Shown: piece by piece, positions 26,556-39,024 of the stretch
Layout: every line of letters starts with the position of its first letter
Position numbering within the stretch: the first letter of the stretch is position 1
NCBI GenBank assembly: GCA_951406725.2
Contig: OX597815.1
Location: 57,536,001 to 57,600,000 of the forward strand
Length of the DNA: 64,000 bases
Reading direction: 5' to 3'
Origin: Octopus vulgaris
Taxonomy: Eukaryota
Translations under genes and position numbers: made by a program
Notes under the pieces: generated by a model
The model's database searches: none
Told to the model about the DNA's origin: nothing
The model's input: only the letters and a program-made list of their open reading frames with translations

Positions 26556-28957
26556 ATGACCTTAGTAAATTCTGCCCCACCAAGTCACAGAGAGGTAGAC
26601 CACCCATCATCACTTCAGCGGTGAAGAAAAGCACCACAGAGCACTGGAGTGGCTGGACCGCACCCACCCAAAACCTTGAGAACAACAATCAGGTGAGGGA
26701 AATGATTGCATATGCAATAGGGGCCAGCGTAAAAACCACATAGTGAAGTTTAACTCTTTCATTACCAACCCGGCTGAAACCACCTCTGGGTCTCTAGTAC
26801 AAATGTCTTGTTTTCATAAGCTTTGAATTAAAATCTTCCACCAAACCTTAGTCAGAATTTATGTTCCTAACACTAGCTGAATGATAACTAAGTTATTTTA
26901 CTAAATTCTTTGTTATATTTAAATTAATTGAAAGAAACACAGAGCATCTCAACAGAAATACAGTAACGAAAGGGTTAATAAAAAACTATACATGCAGGTT
27001 CAAGGTGCAGCCATTGGTGTAGGTATAGCTGGAGATGTGGCTGGCCTCTTTATGACATGGTGGGACAGAAAATTTAAACAAATGTTAGCAGAACAGTTCA
27101 CAACTCTTCTACTCTACAGTAGATATGTAGATGACATTAATATAATAGTTAGAACCAACTCTAGTGACGGTAATGAAGAGACTGAGAAGAACGTAATGGA
27201 GAGCATCCAGCAAATAGCTAACTCCATTCACCAAAGTATCAAGGTTACTATAGATTACCCCACTAAAAACCCTAACAATAGACTCCCTGTACTTGATACT
27301 GATCTTAAGTTAGAGAATGTGAACAATAGAGTGCAGCTCCTCCACTTTTATTACATGAAACCTGTAACTTCAAAATATGTTGTTCACAAGAACTCAGCTT
27401 TGTCACACAACATGAAAATTAACATACTAATAGCAGACCTAGTTAGAATAATGAACAATGTGTCCCCACTATGCAAACCCTATGAAACGAAGAAACATAT
27501 ACAGAACTTCATACACCGCATGCAGTTCTCTGGATATGATCAGAAAGATAGGGTTTGTGAATACGGGGGGGGGCTAGAGAGCAATTAGATAACATTATAC
27601 GTAATGATACCAGTGGTACCTGCCCTAGATATAGAAACAAAGAATGGAATAGAATACAAAGAACTTGTGACAAAGCAAACAGGGTGAACACGTGGTATAA
27701 AACCAACAAATATCAAGGAGTAATGTTTGTAGAGGCCACAGCCCATGGAGAACTAGCCCGTAGATTTAGAAAAGCTCTGAAGGAGACCAAACTCAACATT
27801 AAAATTGTTGAAAAGTCAGGGAACTCCATCAGATCACAACTATGTAGGACGTACCTGTTTAAGAATACCATATGCACCAATGATAACTGCATGGTATGTA
27901 GAATTAGCCCTGGTATTAACTGTAGAACTCGAAATGTAGTTTACAGCATAAGATGCATAGAGGGTGCTTGTAAGAACGTGAACATGATGTACATAGAGGA
28001 GACGTCTAGGAGCATTGCGGAACGGATAAATGAACGTCTAAGACAATATGACAACAGAAAATAGTCCTCCATACTCTACGAACATGCCAAAGACCACCAT
28101 GGAGGTAACTTGGGTCAACTTGACATCCACATCTTATCCAAGCACCCAAAAGACCCAACACTCAAACAAATACGGGAGTACGTGCTTATAAATGAAACCT
28201 CCCCAATATTAAATAGGAAATATACACAATAAATACCATACCTCCATACCCACAGTTTACACAGGTAGAGTAGAATAGTTAGTGGACTGTTAGGTAGATA
28301 AATGTATGTATGTTTGTGGGTGAGAATGTGTGTATGCCTTTTTTTAATCATTATTATTTTTCGTTTTTTTTTGTTGTTATTTTTTAAATATTAAAAAAAA
28401 ATTTTATATGGTATTTTTTTTTTTTTTCTGTATGTAAGCATAAACAGATCAATATACAGACGGATAGGTATATAGACTATATGAACACACACATATGGAG
28501 ACACGGATCCACATATATAAAGATGCACATCCATACACACAAACATGGTACATAGTTACATAACATGCATACACAAGGAGACAGAGGTGCATACATATAC
28601 AAACACATGCTCACACACACATACATAGAAAATACACAAACACGGACAGGCAAGCACATAAATATGCAGGATACGTACATACAGATGCACACACATACAT
28701 ACATACATATGCATACACACACATATATACATACACATGCAAACACACACATACTGACCCACTGACCCACACACATGTGCACAAACAAACAAAAGGGAAC
28801 GCAGTGAAAATAACGGACAGAGTTAAGACTATTGAAAAGGTTGCAACACGCAATGAAAATTTTAGAAAATAAAAATAAGAAATAAGTTGAAATTTTACCG
28901 GTGAGTGTGTTAAATAATAAGGCACTAAAAGAAAATGACTCTCCCCAGACACAACAG
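26556..28957 (+). mobile_element. Penelope-like element (RT + GIY-YIG), 5'-truncated and defective
   Basis: HIVKFNKKLYMQVQGAAIG..YSRYVDD..LPVLD..YMKP; Cys-rich linker CTNDNCMVC; GIY-YIG NVVYSIRC..YIEETSRS..R; frameshift near 27570 and stop at 28062-64. Confidence 0.9.
26754..26974. mobile_element. piggyBac-family MITE inserted in the PLE RT
   Basis: TTAA on both sides (26750-53, 26975-78); termini CTCTTTCATTAC / GTAACGAAAGGG match the element at 4476-5560; removing it restores the RT frame ..VKFNKKLYMQ.. Confidence 0.85.
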
Positions 28958-29319
28958 TATATATATAAGGCCTTATGATATTTTTGTAAATGTCTCATTT
29001 ATATCTATATATTGACCTACCATAAAAGGCTAATATTGGTAAAATGAGACATACTTATCTACATGGCTGAAACAGCTGTAAGATGTAATCTATACTTATA
29101 TTTATATTTACTTATATTTATATTCTCTTTTTTTATATGTATTCTACTTATTATACAACATTACTCTTTTATATACACATTCCTTTACGTACACTGATTT
29201 GTTCTGCTTTTTTATGTTTAACCCTACAGTCTCTTATGTGGTGGTTTAATAAAGTATGTGATTGAGTATTATCTGGTAATTGATATTTGATTTAGATGTA
29301 TTTCTCCGTTTTCTTATCT

Positions 29320-29364
<45 letters not shown>

Positions 29365-29777
29365 AAGTATATATGGCACAACGAAGTACCGATATTTACT
29401 GGAAATAGCGAACGTAATAATACGACGCTAATGTATAGCTTCACCGCGTATGTACTAGCAAAAATGTGTGTGTGCAACAAACTAGAAAAAATTGTCTTAC
29501 CTCCAGGGAGAACATCTGAAAGATGAAATACCTGGAAAAGGATAATGTGGGACCTGCGCAGGTTTCAGATTTTTCAAGATATGTCTGCCACCCATAAACT
29601 TGATCTATCTTCATCAGCCAAACATATACCACGACAACCTTTCATATGTTACCACATTAATGCCATTACACTCGACTGAAACGCCGAAATGCTAACAGCA
29701 CGAGAACGGTGAAGAAGTTTCAATAAATTAGTAATGCAATACTAGAGTATTGCTTTCCAGTAAAGAATAGCCCGTAC

Positions 29778-30946
29778 ATGTACAACAAAATACAAGACGA
29801 GAAATAAAAATACATGTATATATACATGTAGATGTAGGTACGTACATATATGTTTGTATGTATGCATATATTTTTATTTATCACATTATTGTCTGACAGC
29901 GCCTCGCATCAGGTTTGTTTATTTAAGACGCGTAATTCTCTCCCTTTGCTTTACCCTCTCCACTCTCTCTCCCTCTCAAACATATATGTACGTACCTACA
30001 TCTACATGTATATATACATGCACATATAAATAAATATACGTAAGTACAGGACGCCACAACAAGACGTAGAAACGGGAAAAACAAAAATTTTTTTACGACA
30101 AGTACAGGACAGGCTACACAAGGAAAAATCAAAAAATTTTTTACAACAAGAAAACAAGTACAGGACATGCTACACAAGGAAAAATCCACCGTCATCAGCT
30201 GTCGCTAGTTAACTCAGGCATGTTTCGAAGGCAAGACAGCACACTCGTTAACTAGGCCTTCCTGCGAGAGAATTAAAATAAAATTCCAAGCAGCGGGGTA
30301 AAACTGGTAAGAACACAAACAGGATGTAACAATAAAACTACACAATAAAATACAAGATAAAAATACATGTACAACAAAATACAAGACGAGAAATAAAAAG
30401 GGAATACAATACGGGAAATCAAACAAACAAGAGGACAAATGAGAAAAACCAAACAGACGAAAAAGGCCTTTTTTTGGCTAGACGAAAGATGTTGTGTGGC
30501 AGCGTGTGAAAAGCAAGACTTTTCAGTAGCAGAGGCGGCGTGCGAAGGAAAGAAATTTTTAGGCTGGGAGTGAGAAAGAAGGAAGGAGGAGGGGGACACG
30601 CGGCTAAGAGAGAGAAAGTGCATGTATATATACATGTAGATGTAGGTACGTACATATATGTTTGTATGTATGCATATATTTTTATTTATCACATTATTGT
30701 CTGACAGCGCCTCGTGTCAGGTTTGTTTAGATTTGTCGGTTCGTTCCACTTCATGCCCGATTTAATTTTTATATAAATATTTAAGACGCGTAATTCTCTC
30801 CCTTTGCTTTACCTTCTCCACTCTCTCTCCCTCTCACTCTTCCCCTTTTCTCTCTCTTAGCCGTGTGTCCCCTCCTCCTTCCTTCTTTCTCACTCCCAGC
30901 CTAAAAATTTCTTTCCTTCGCACGCTGCCTCTGCTACTGAAAAGTG
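29778..30946. repeat. Patchwork of direct and inverted 40-170 bp duplications
   Basis: 29813-29978 recurs at 30621-30836 with an insertion; 30518-30618 is inverted at 30847-30945; 29979-30020 inverts 29813-29855. Confidence 0.75.
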
Positions 30947-32499
30947 TATAGATATGTATAGATATTAAACTATTTCTAGATAATTTCTTTTCCTCCCTCT
31001 ATTGTGGTGAAAGTTTGGTATATACTCATAAGTATTCAATAAACTTTTTATCCTTTTGTTATAATATTCTTCTTAATAATCCTCTGAATAACTTAACTTT
31101 AACTTTATAAAATATGGCAATATTCTTTAAAATATTTAACTATAGTACTACATGATAAGATTTCCCGTTTCATTATCAATGGTCTGCTAGTGGCCGGCCC
31201 CCTTAATTGTCAGCTAACATCTTGATTTAAGTTTTCCTTTACCAAATCTCATGATAATGCTTCTAATAAATCTTGATTTTTTTATTACTGTACCCACTAT
31301 GATTTCTGTCGACTCCATCAGCCCTACGCCTAAAAGACACTGCCCCTCTTTGCTCAGCCTTAGATATACAACTAGTCTATAAATTAAAACTGACCCCATA
31401 AAACAGTGACAAGCAAAATCTGTAACAAGTCTTTCTTCCTGATACCCTAAGCTGAAGTGAAGGCAGCATGTTCTTTGTCTATCTCCTTAACTTCTTGGAG
31501 ATTTTAAATAAGATTATACTAATGTGCCCATCTGTTTTAAATCAATTAAATTCTATGTCTTTGTGCAGCTGAGGATTGCTCTACATTTAAATTGGTGTAA
31601 TGGTTGCATTGTTCAAGTAAATGGAGTTGTGTGAAACGATCATACTGCATTACCTCTGGATATCCTTGTTGCTTATTTTGATTTATGTATATATATATGT
31701 CTATATATATGTATATATATATATATATATACATGCATATATACACTCATATATGTACATACATATATATGTATATAGGTGTGCATATATGGGTACAGGA
31801 CATCAGAAAATGTAAACAACATGAAATACGAAAATAATGTTGGCTACGCAAAGAGCAAGAGAAACAAATGGAAAACAAGACAAGTAACATAAAAAACGAC
31901 CCTTCATCAGTTGTCGGTTGTCCTTCTACTCATTTTGAGCAATGAACAACATGATAAGACTTTGAACGCAATTGCTCCCATGAACCAAAATAAAATTTGG
32001 GATTTGCAGAGGGTTAAAGTTGGTAACAAAAACAGGACATACAACAAATGGAATGAAAGGAGTACAAACAGGGAGGCAGTTAGGCGCAGACGAGGTAAGG
32101 TAGTGTATGCTGGAAGAAGATTCTTTGATGAGAGAAAAGTTTGGAGAGGAGACAGATAGAATGTGTCTGGACTGCACATCAGACTGAAGGAAAAGAAAGA
32201 TGAAGGAAAGGAAAGATGAACAATGGTCACATGTGAGCAATGAGAGAGAGTAAAGGAGGAAGAGGGAGAGACAGGCAGATAGAAAATGGTGAAGGGAAAA
32301 TAAAAATTAGAGAACGGATGAGAGAGAAAACGAAAGGGAGAGTGAGAGGGAACAGTAAAGTAAAGAGTTGCATCAAATATATTAACATAAACTTACTTGG
32401 AAATGGATGCATGGCATTCAATCAAATAATAATATCAATAATATATATATATATATATGCATATGCACACACAGATATATACATACATATGCATGTAAA

Positions 32500-32952
32500 T
32501 AGGTATGCAATATATGGGTACAGGACATCACAGAACGTAAACAACATGAAATACGAAAATAATGTTGGCTACACAAAAAGTGAGAGAAACAAATGGAAAT
32601 CAAGACAAGTAACATAAAAAACTACGCTTCATCAGTTGTTGGCTGTCATTCTACTCCTTTTTTCAAGCAATGAATGACAAGATAAGACTTTGAAGGCAGT
32701 TGCTCTCGCGAACCAAAATAAAATTTAGAATTTGCAAAGGGTCAACTCGTGGGAGCAACTGCCTTCAAAATCTTATCTTGTCATTCATTGCTTGAAATAA
32801 GGAGTAGAAGGACAGCCGACAACTGATGAAGGGTAGTTTTTTATATTACTTGTCTTGTTTTCCATTTGTTTCTCTCACTCTGCGTACCCAACATTATTTT
32901 CATATTTCATATTATCTGTTTTGTGACATCCTGTACCCATATATGCATACCT
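32500..32952. repeat. ~210-bp inverted repeat (fold-back) of a PLE-like terminal repeat; a third copy lies at ~31780-32030
   Basis: 32501-32711 is the diverged reverse complement of 32747-32952; flanked by TA-rich microsatellites. Confidence 0.75.
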
Positions 32953-33035
32953 ATATACATACATATGTATGTTTGTACATATGTGTGTATATATGCACAT
33001 ATATATATGTATATGTGTATTTATATGTATATATA

Positions 33036-33092
<57 letters not shown>

Positions 33093-33208
33093 AGGGCAAA
33101 AGAAAAAATTCTAATGCCAAATATGCCGAAAAAGACAAAATTGTCAATAACCATTATAATTTAAGCGTCTCGAAACATGCCGATAGAAATTTCTCAAAAG
33201 GTCCGTTA

Positions 33209-33269
33209 TTACCGTATTGGTCCCAATTTCGGGGTTAATTCATAAGAATTTTCCCCTCCTCAGCGATAA
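33209..33269 (-). ncRNA. Type I hammerhead ribozyme
   Basis: UUAUCG-CUGAGGA-GGGG aaAAUUC uuau GAAUUaa CCCC-GAAA-UUGG ga CCAA-UA-CGGUAA: canonical core, 6-bp stem I (one G-U), AUA triplet. Confidence 0.85.
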
Positions 33270-33534
33270 ATACTTAAGACATAAATGAGATACTTACTCA
33301 TACCTATCGAAAAAGCAAGCACTAAGTCCTGAGCAGACCTAAGTACCCCAAATATTTGTATGTTATTTATAAATTTAACCTTTAAAGATATTTTTTGATA
33401 TGCTGGCCATTGATAAAATTTTTTTTCGGAAAAAATTTTATCCTACATTAGTTGTATATATATATATATATGTATATATGTATATGTATATGTTTGTATA
33501 TATATATATATGTATATATATTTATGAATATATA

Positions 33535-34590
33535 TCATCATCATCGTTTAACGTCTGCTTTCCATGCTGGCATGGGTTAGACAGTTTGACTGGGGACTGG
33601 CGAGCCAGATGGCTGCACCACACTCCAATCTGATCTGGCAGACTTTCTACAGCTGGATGCCCTTCCTAATGTCAACCACTCCAAGAGTGTGGTCGGTGCG
33701 TTTACATGCCACTGGCACATTGGCCAGTCAGGCAGTACTGGCAACAGCCATGCTCAAATGGTGTTTTTAGGTGTCGCCTGCACATGAGCCAATCCAGTGG
33801 CACTAGCAACGCCCTCGCTTGAATGTTGTTTTTCACATACCACCGGCTCAAGTGCCAGTAAGGTGACGCTGATGGCAATCACGCTCGAATTGTGCTTTTT
33901 ATGTGCCACCGACATGGGGGCCAATCAGTGGCCCTGGCAATGATCATACTCGGATGGTGACTCTTAGCGCTCCACTAACATGGATGCCAGTCATGCGGTG
34001 CTGTCATCGAATTTGATTTCGATTTCACTTAGCTCAACAGGTTTTCACAAGCAGAGTTTAGTATCCAATGAAAGAAAGGTATGCCTAAGTGGGCTGGTTA
34101 CACCACTGGCATAGGCCATGGGTTATGGTTTCACTTGGCTTTCAAGTACAGCATATTTCCAAACGTCTCAATCACTAGTTATTGCCTTGGTGAAGCCCAA
34201 TGTTCGAAGGTCGTACTTCACCACTTCATCCCAGGTCTTCCTGAGTCTATCTCTTCCACAGTTTCCCTCAACCGCTAGGGTGTGATGCTTTTTCACACCG
34301 GTATCCTCATCCATTCGCACCACATGACCATACCAGCGCAGTCGTCTCTCTTGCACATCACATCTGATGCTTCTTGAGTCCAACTTTTCTCTGAAGGTGC
34401 TTACATTCTGTTGAGTATCCACACTGACAGTACACATCTAGTGGAGCATACTGGCTTCATTCCTTGCAAGCTTACGCATGTCCTCAGCAATCACTGCCCA
34501 TGTTTCCTTGCCATGTAGCATGGCTGTTCATACACATGCATCATACAGTCTACCTTTTACTCTGAGCGAGAGGCCCTTTGTCACCAGCAG
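33535..34590 (-). mobile_element. RTE-clade LINE 3' fragment
   Basis: ORF 34168-34437 ERRLRWYGHVVRMDED..GRDRLRKTW; RTE tail and (CAT)n end at ~33535. Confidence 0.85.
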
Positions 34591-34599
34591 AAAAGTCAC

Positions 34600-35119
34600 T
34601 GATAGGGCACAGAAAGTGTGTCAATAACCAGCTGGATAAGATGTTCTCTTGGGGCTACAAGCTATAGTAGCATTCACCCTTAGTGGTTTGCCCGATTTAA
34701 GTGGCAAATATACTTCATGTTGTTTTGCAGCTACTGTTTATACCTCGTTCAGAGATTTATTATTGCTTGTTTACACTTTTTTGAGATCAGTGACTTTTCA
34801 TCACTGGAAAAAGGATATATGTATTTGCATTGAGACCTCTTTGCATCGAAGACTGGTGATTGTCATACGCTGAAAACGGGTAACTACTCAGAAACCCGGG
34901 TCCATGTGTATCACGTCAGGTTGATGATGGGAAGGATGGCTTCCCTTTGCACATATTGATGGGGCACAGAAAGTGTGTCAATAGCCAGTTGAAGGAGGTG
35001 TCCTCCTGGGGATACAAGCTACAGTAGCATCCACCCTTAGGGGTTAGCCACATTTAAGTGGCAAATATACTTCACGATGTTGTGCAGCTACTGTTTATAC
35101 CTTGCTCAGAGATTTATTA
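34600..35119 (+). repeat. ~1.45 copies of a 357-bp unit containing a hammerhead-like motif (retrozyme/pLTR-like)
   Basis: 34600-34762 is repeated with substitutions at 34957-35119; ends in (TA)n. Confidence 0.7.
34864..34908 (+). ncRNA. Degenerate type I hammerhead ribozyme (G8 to A)
   Basis: CAUACG-CUGAAAA-c-GGGU aacu ACUC-a-GAAA-CCCGGG-UC-CAUGUG: palindromic stem III, GUC triplet, one mismatch in stem I. Confidence 0.6.
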
Positions 35120-35449
35120 TATATATATATATATATATAGATGTAAATATAAATAAAAAGCGCAAGCAACGGGTTGCTTAGCCACATACCGAAAAATTAA
35201 AAATAGCAGTCAAAGACTGCTTATTTCTATTTTCTACAAATATAACTCCACTTATAACATATACATGTAACTCACATATGTAAAACAGGATGAAAAATAA
35301 CGAAAACATAGTATATATATATTCATGTATGCATATATATATATATATATATATGTATATATTTCTACATATATATATATAAATATAATATGTGACAATT
35401 ATTCAGTAACCAAGATAAAACTCCGAGTTTCGGATTTTTCCGATGGCCG

Positions 35450-35510
35450 GATAACAGAAGAGACGGCAGTGTGGATTTCCACCTCGCCATCCGAAACTCG
35501 GAGTTTTATC
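35450..35510 (+). ncRNA. Type I hammerhead variant (U4 to A) with an upstream inverted partial copy (35389-35435)
   Basis: GAUAA-CAGAAGA-extended stem II (..GUGGA uu UCCAC..)-GAAA-CUCGGAG-UU-UUAUC. Confidence 0.65.
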
Positions 35511-35612
35511 TTCGCTACCGAATAATTGTCACATATGAAATTTACAGATAAATTTCTCTATTTACATAATATCAAGGTCTCTTTCTTTCTTTTGTTATCT
35601 TACCGTTTTTAT

Positions 35613-35659
<47 letters not shown>

Positions 35660-35784
35660 TATATATATGTATGTATATATATATGTATATATGTATGTAT
35701 ATATATATGTATATATGTATGTATATATATATATATGTATGTATATGTGTATGTATATATATATGTATATATGTATGTATATAC

Positions 35785-35935
35785 TCTTTTACTCTTTTAC
35801 TTGTTTCAGCCATCCGGCTGAGGCCATGCTGGGGCACCGCCCTTGTTGCTACCCTCTCTAAGTCCAGTTTGCCGTGGCTGGCCACTGATCTAAGAGAGAG
35901 TTTGTAGCTGCTGCCCTTAGGTTACCTTCGTACCT
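35785..35935 (-). mobile_element. Short 3' tail of a CR1/L2-group LINE relative inserted in (TA)n
   Basis: Minus strand GGCGGTGCCCCAGCATGGCCTCAGCCGGATGGCTGAAAC plus (GTAAAAGA)n; same tail architecture as the intact LINEs. Confidence 0.65.
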
Positions 35936-35968
<33 letters not shown>

Positions 35969-35987
35969 ATGTGTATGTATGTGTATG

Positions 35988-36018
<31 letters not shown>

Positions 36019-36035
36019 ATGTGTATGTATATATA

Positions 36036-36270
36036 TCATCATCATCGTTTAACGTCCGTTTTCCGCGCTAGCACGGGTTGGACGGTTTCGACCGGGGTCT
36101 GGGGAGCTCGGGACTGCCCCAGGCTCCAGTCTAGTCTGGCAGTGTTTCTACAGCTGGATGCCCTTCCTAACGCCAACCACTCCGCGAGTGTAGTGGGTGT
36201 TTTTTACGTGCCACCTGCACAGGTGCCAGAGGGGTCTGGCATCGGCCACGTTCGGATGGTGCTTTTATGT
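36036..36270 (-). mobile_element. RTE-type LINE 3' tail
   Basis: (CAT)n plus GTTTCTACAGCTGGATGCCCTTCCTAACGCCAACCAC. Confidence 0.75.
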
Positions 36271-36519
36271 GGGGGGGGCAGAAATATATAGGGGAGCACC
36301 AGTGGGGAGGGGTGGTTCAGAGAAATGATGACAGGTTCTAGGCAAGTAGAACGTAGGATATCAAGAGAGGGGTAATGCATGGTGAAATAGCGTATTGAAG
36401 AGGGGGGTTCAAGCGTAGACACCTATAATGGTGGTGGGAGAAGCGACATCCGGTATAGATGGAGCAAAAATATAGAGATATCCGGTATTGGTGGTGGGGG
36501 TGGGCAAGGGCGGGTGCAC

Positions 36520-37262
36520 CGGGAATATACGAAGGTTGAACTGACGGGCTGGCTTAGAAATGCTCTTAGCAATGGAAGGGGGAATGGCAGACAACGTGAG
36601 AAAGGGAGAGAGAGAGAGAGATAGAGAAGAACAGTAGAACCCCGCGAAAATGGGCCGCCATTGAAAAAAAACGCCTGTATGGAGAAATAATATGCAATAC
36701 GAGGCGAAGCTGAAAATAGTAATAATAATAATTATAATAATAATAAGCAAACTGTCGACCAGGGGATCAAAGGGACAATACTAGTACTAATAATAGTAAT
36801 AATAATAATAACTAATAAACAAAACAGCTCAACCACAACATTAGATTAGAAAGACTTTTATCTTGGGAACATTTCGTTCTTCGGCCTGACACGGGAATAT
36901 GCGAAGGTTGACTGATAATAGTAATAATAATAATAACTAATAAACAAACAAAACGGCTCAACCACAACATTAGATTAGAAAGACTCTTATCTTGGGAACA
37001 TTTCGTTCTTCGGCCTGACACGGGAATATACGAAGGTTGAACTGACGGGCTGGCTTAGAAATGCTCTTAGCAATGGAAGGGGGGAATGGCAGACAACGTG
37101 AGAAAGGGAGAGAGAGAGAGAGATAGAGAAGAACAGTAGAACCCCGCGAAAATGGGCCGCCATTGAAAAAAACCCTGTATGGAGAAATAATATGCAATAC
37201 GAGGCGAAGCTGAAAATAGTAATAATAATAATTATAATAATAATAAGCAAACTGTCGACCAG

Positions 37263-37267
<5 letters not shown>
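36520..37267. repeat. Local tandem duplications of a non-coding, probably PLE-derived segment
   Basis: 36520-36766 is repeated at 37022-37267; 36790-36913 is repeated at 36915-37040. Confidence 0.75.
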
Positions 37268-37317
<50 letters not shown>

Positions 37318-37339
37318 GTATGTATATATATGTATGTAG

Positions 37340-37720
37340 CTGTGATACCAGTGCCGATGGCACGTAAGAGAACCATCCGAATGTGGCCGTTGCCAGCGCC
37401 ACCCTGACTGGCGTCCGTGCTGGTGGCACATAAAATGCATCATCCGATTGTGGCCATTGCCAGCCTCGTCTGGCCCCCGTGCTGCTGGCATGCAAAAAGC
37501 ACCATCCGATCATGGCTGTTTGCCAGCCTCGTCTGGTACCTGTGCAGGTGGCACGTAAAAAGCACCCACTACACTCATGGAGTGGTGGGCGTTAGGAAGG
37601 GCATCCAGCCGTAGAAACACTGCCAGATCAGACTAGGCCTTGCACAGCCTTCTGGCTTCCCAGACCCCAGTTGAACTGTCCAACCCATGCTAGCATGGAA
37701 AACGATGATGATGATGATGA
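37340..37720 (+). mobile_element. RTE-type LINE 3' tail with internal tandem units
   Basis: Repeated AGCACCATCCGA..TGGCCGTTGCCAGC units, GTTAGGAAGGGCATCCAGCCGTAGAAAC and a (GAT)n tail. Confidence 0.75.
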
Positions 37721-37829
37721 TATATATATATATAGTTAATCCAAACAAGAAAACAAAAAAACACAACAACGCAAGGACGTGGAACAAATAAAGTATTGTT
37801 GGACGCTAACGAAAGAGGGAAGAAGGAGG

Positions 37830-37863
37830 GTTTAACGTTTCGAGCGGGCTCTTCGTCGGAAAC
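37830..37863 (-). ncRNA. Minimal type I hammerhead variant (U4 to C)
   Basis: GUUU-CCGACGA-a-GAGC cc GCUC-GAAA-CG-UU-AAAC: palindromic AACGUU stem III, GUU triplet. Confidence 0.6.
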
Positions 37864-38661
37864 ATAGGAAAAGGCAAGATCCCGAAAGGGAAGACAGAGG
37901 AAAAAAAATCGCCGGTGGTACTCACGAGGTCACATGTATATGTATATACATATGTAGATATATGTATATGTATATGTATATACATATGTATATACATATA
38001 TATGTATATATATATGTGTGTATATATATATGTATATATATATATATGTGTGTGTATATATATATGTATATATATATATATATGTGTGTATATATATGTG
38101 TGTATATATATATATATATATAAAATGAGATAGGGGTTGTAAATTCAACCCTCCATGGGATAACATACATCCAATACACTGCTAGAGAAGTACCCAACAA
38201 AGCTAATACATAAATGTTAAAAATTGCGATGCAATTAATTCATTTACTGTATTAGGTAGGCAAAGATAAAATTATTTTTACCGTAAATTAATAATACAAA
38301 ATGAGAAAATGGAGAAATATATCTAAATCAATCATCAACTATCAGATAATACCGAATCAATACTTTATTAAAACACTACACAATAGCAATGATATTATAC
38401 ATTAATATAGAACAATAATTACAATCAATATGGTGAAATATAACTAAATAAATATAACAAGACATAGAAATACATTTACATTGTAGCTGACAGCTACAGC
38501 AGAAGACACTTGCCCAAAACGCCACGCAGTGGGACTGAACCCGGAACCATGTGGTTGGTTAGCAAGCTACTTACCACACAGCCACTCCTGCACCTATATG
38601 TGTATATATGTGGCGATTTCTTTTTTTCCTCTGTCTTCCCTTCTCTGGATCTTTCCTTCTC

Positions 38662-38711
<50 letters not shown>

Positions 38712-38794
38712 ATGTATATATATATGTGTGTGTGTATGTATATATATATATATGTGTGTGTGTATGTATATATATATATATGTGTGTGTGTATG

Positions 38795-38829
<35 letters not shown>

Positions 38830-38860
38830 ATGTATATATATATGTGTGTGTGTGTGTATG

Positions 38861-38891
<31 letters not shown>

Positions 38892-39024
38892 GTATGTATA
38901 TATATATATGTGTGTGTGTATATGTATATATATGTGTGTATATGTATATATGTGTGTGTGTGTATATGTATATATATATATATGTATATGTATATATATG
39001 TATATGTATAGTCTTTTTTTTTTT

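Noticed and set aside
28965-29083. GAAACAGCTGTAAGAT preceded by a long hairpin
   Set aside because: Looks like a 5'-truncated hammerhead; the CUGAnGA box and the 5' strand of stem I are missing.
30213-30270. Hammerhead-like AGGC..GCCU-uc-GAAA-CAUG on the minus strand
   Set aside because: Several core changes (CGCAGGA, no UH); at best a dead relic.
32790-32835. GAAA...CTGATGA in type II hammerhead order (also ~31900 and ~32630)
   Set aside because: I could not build the required helices.
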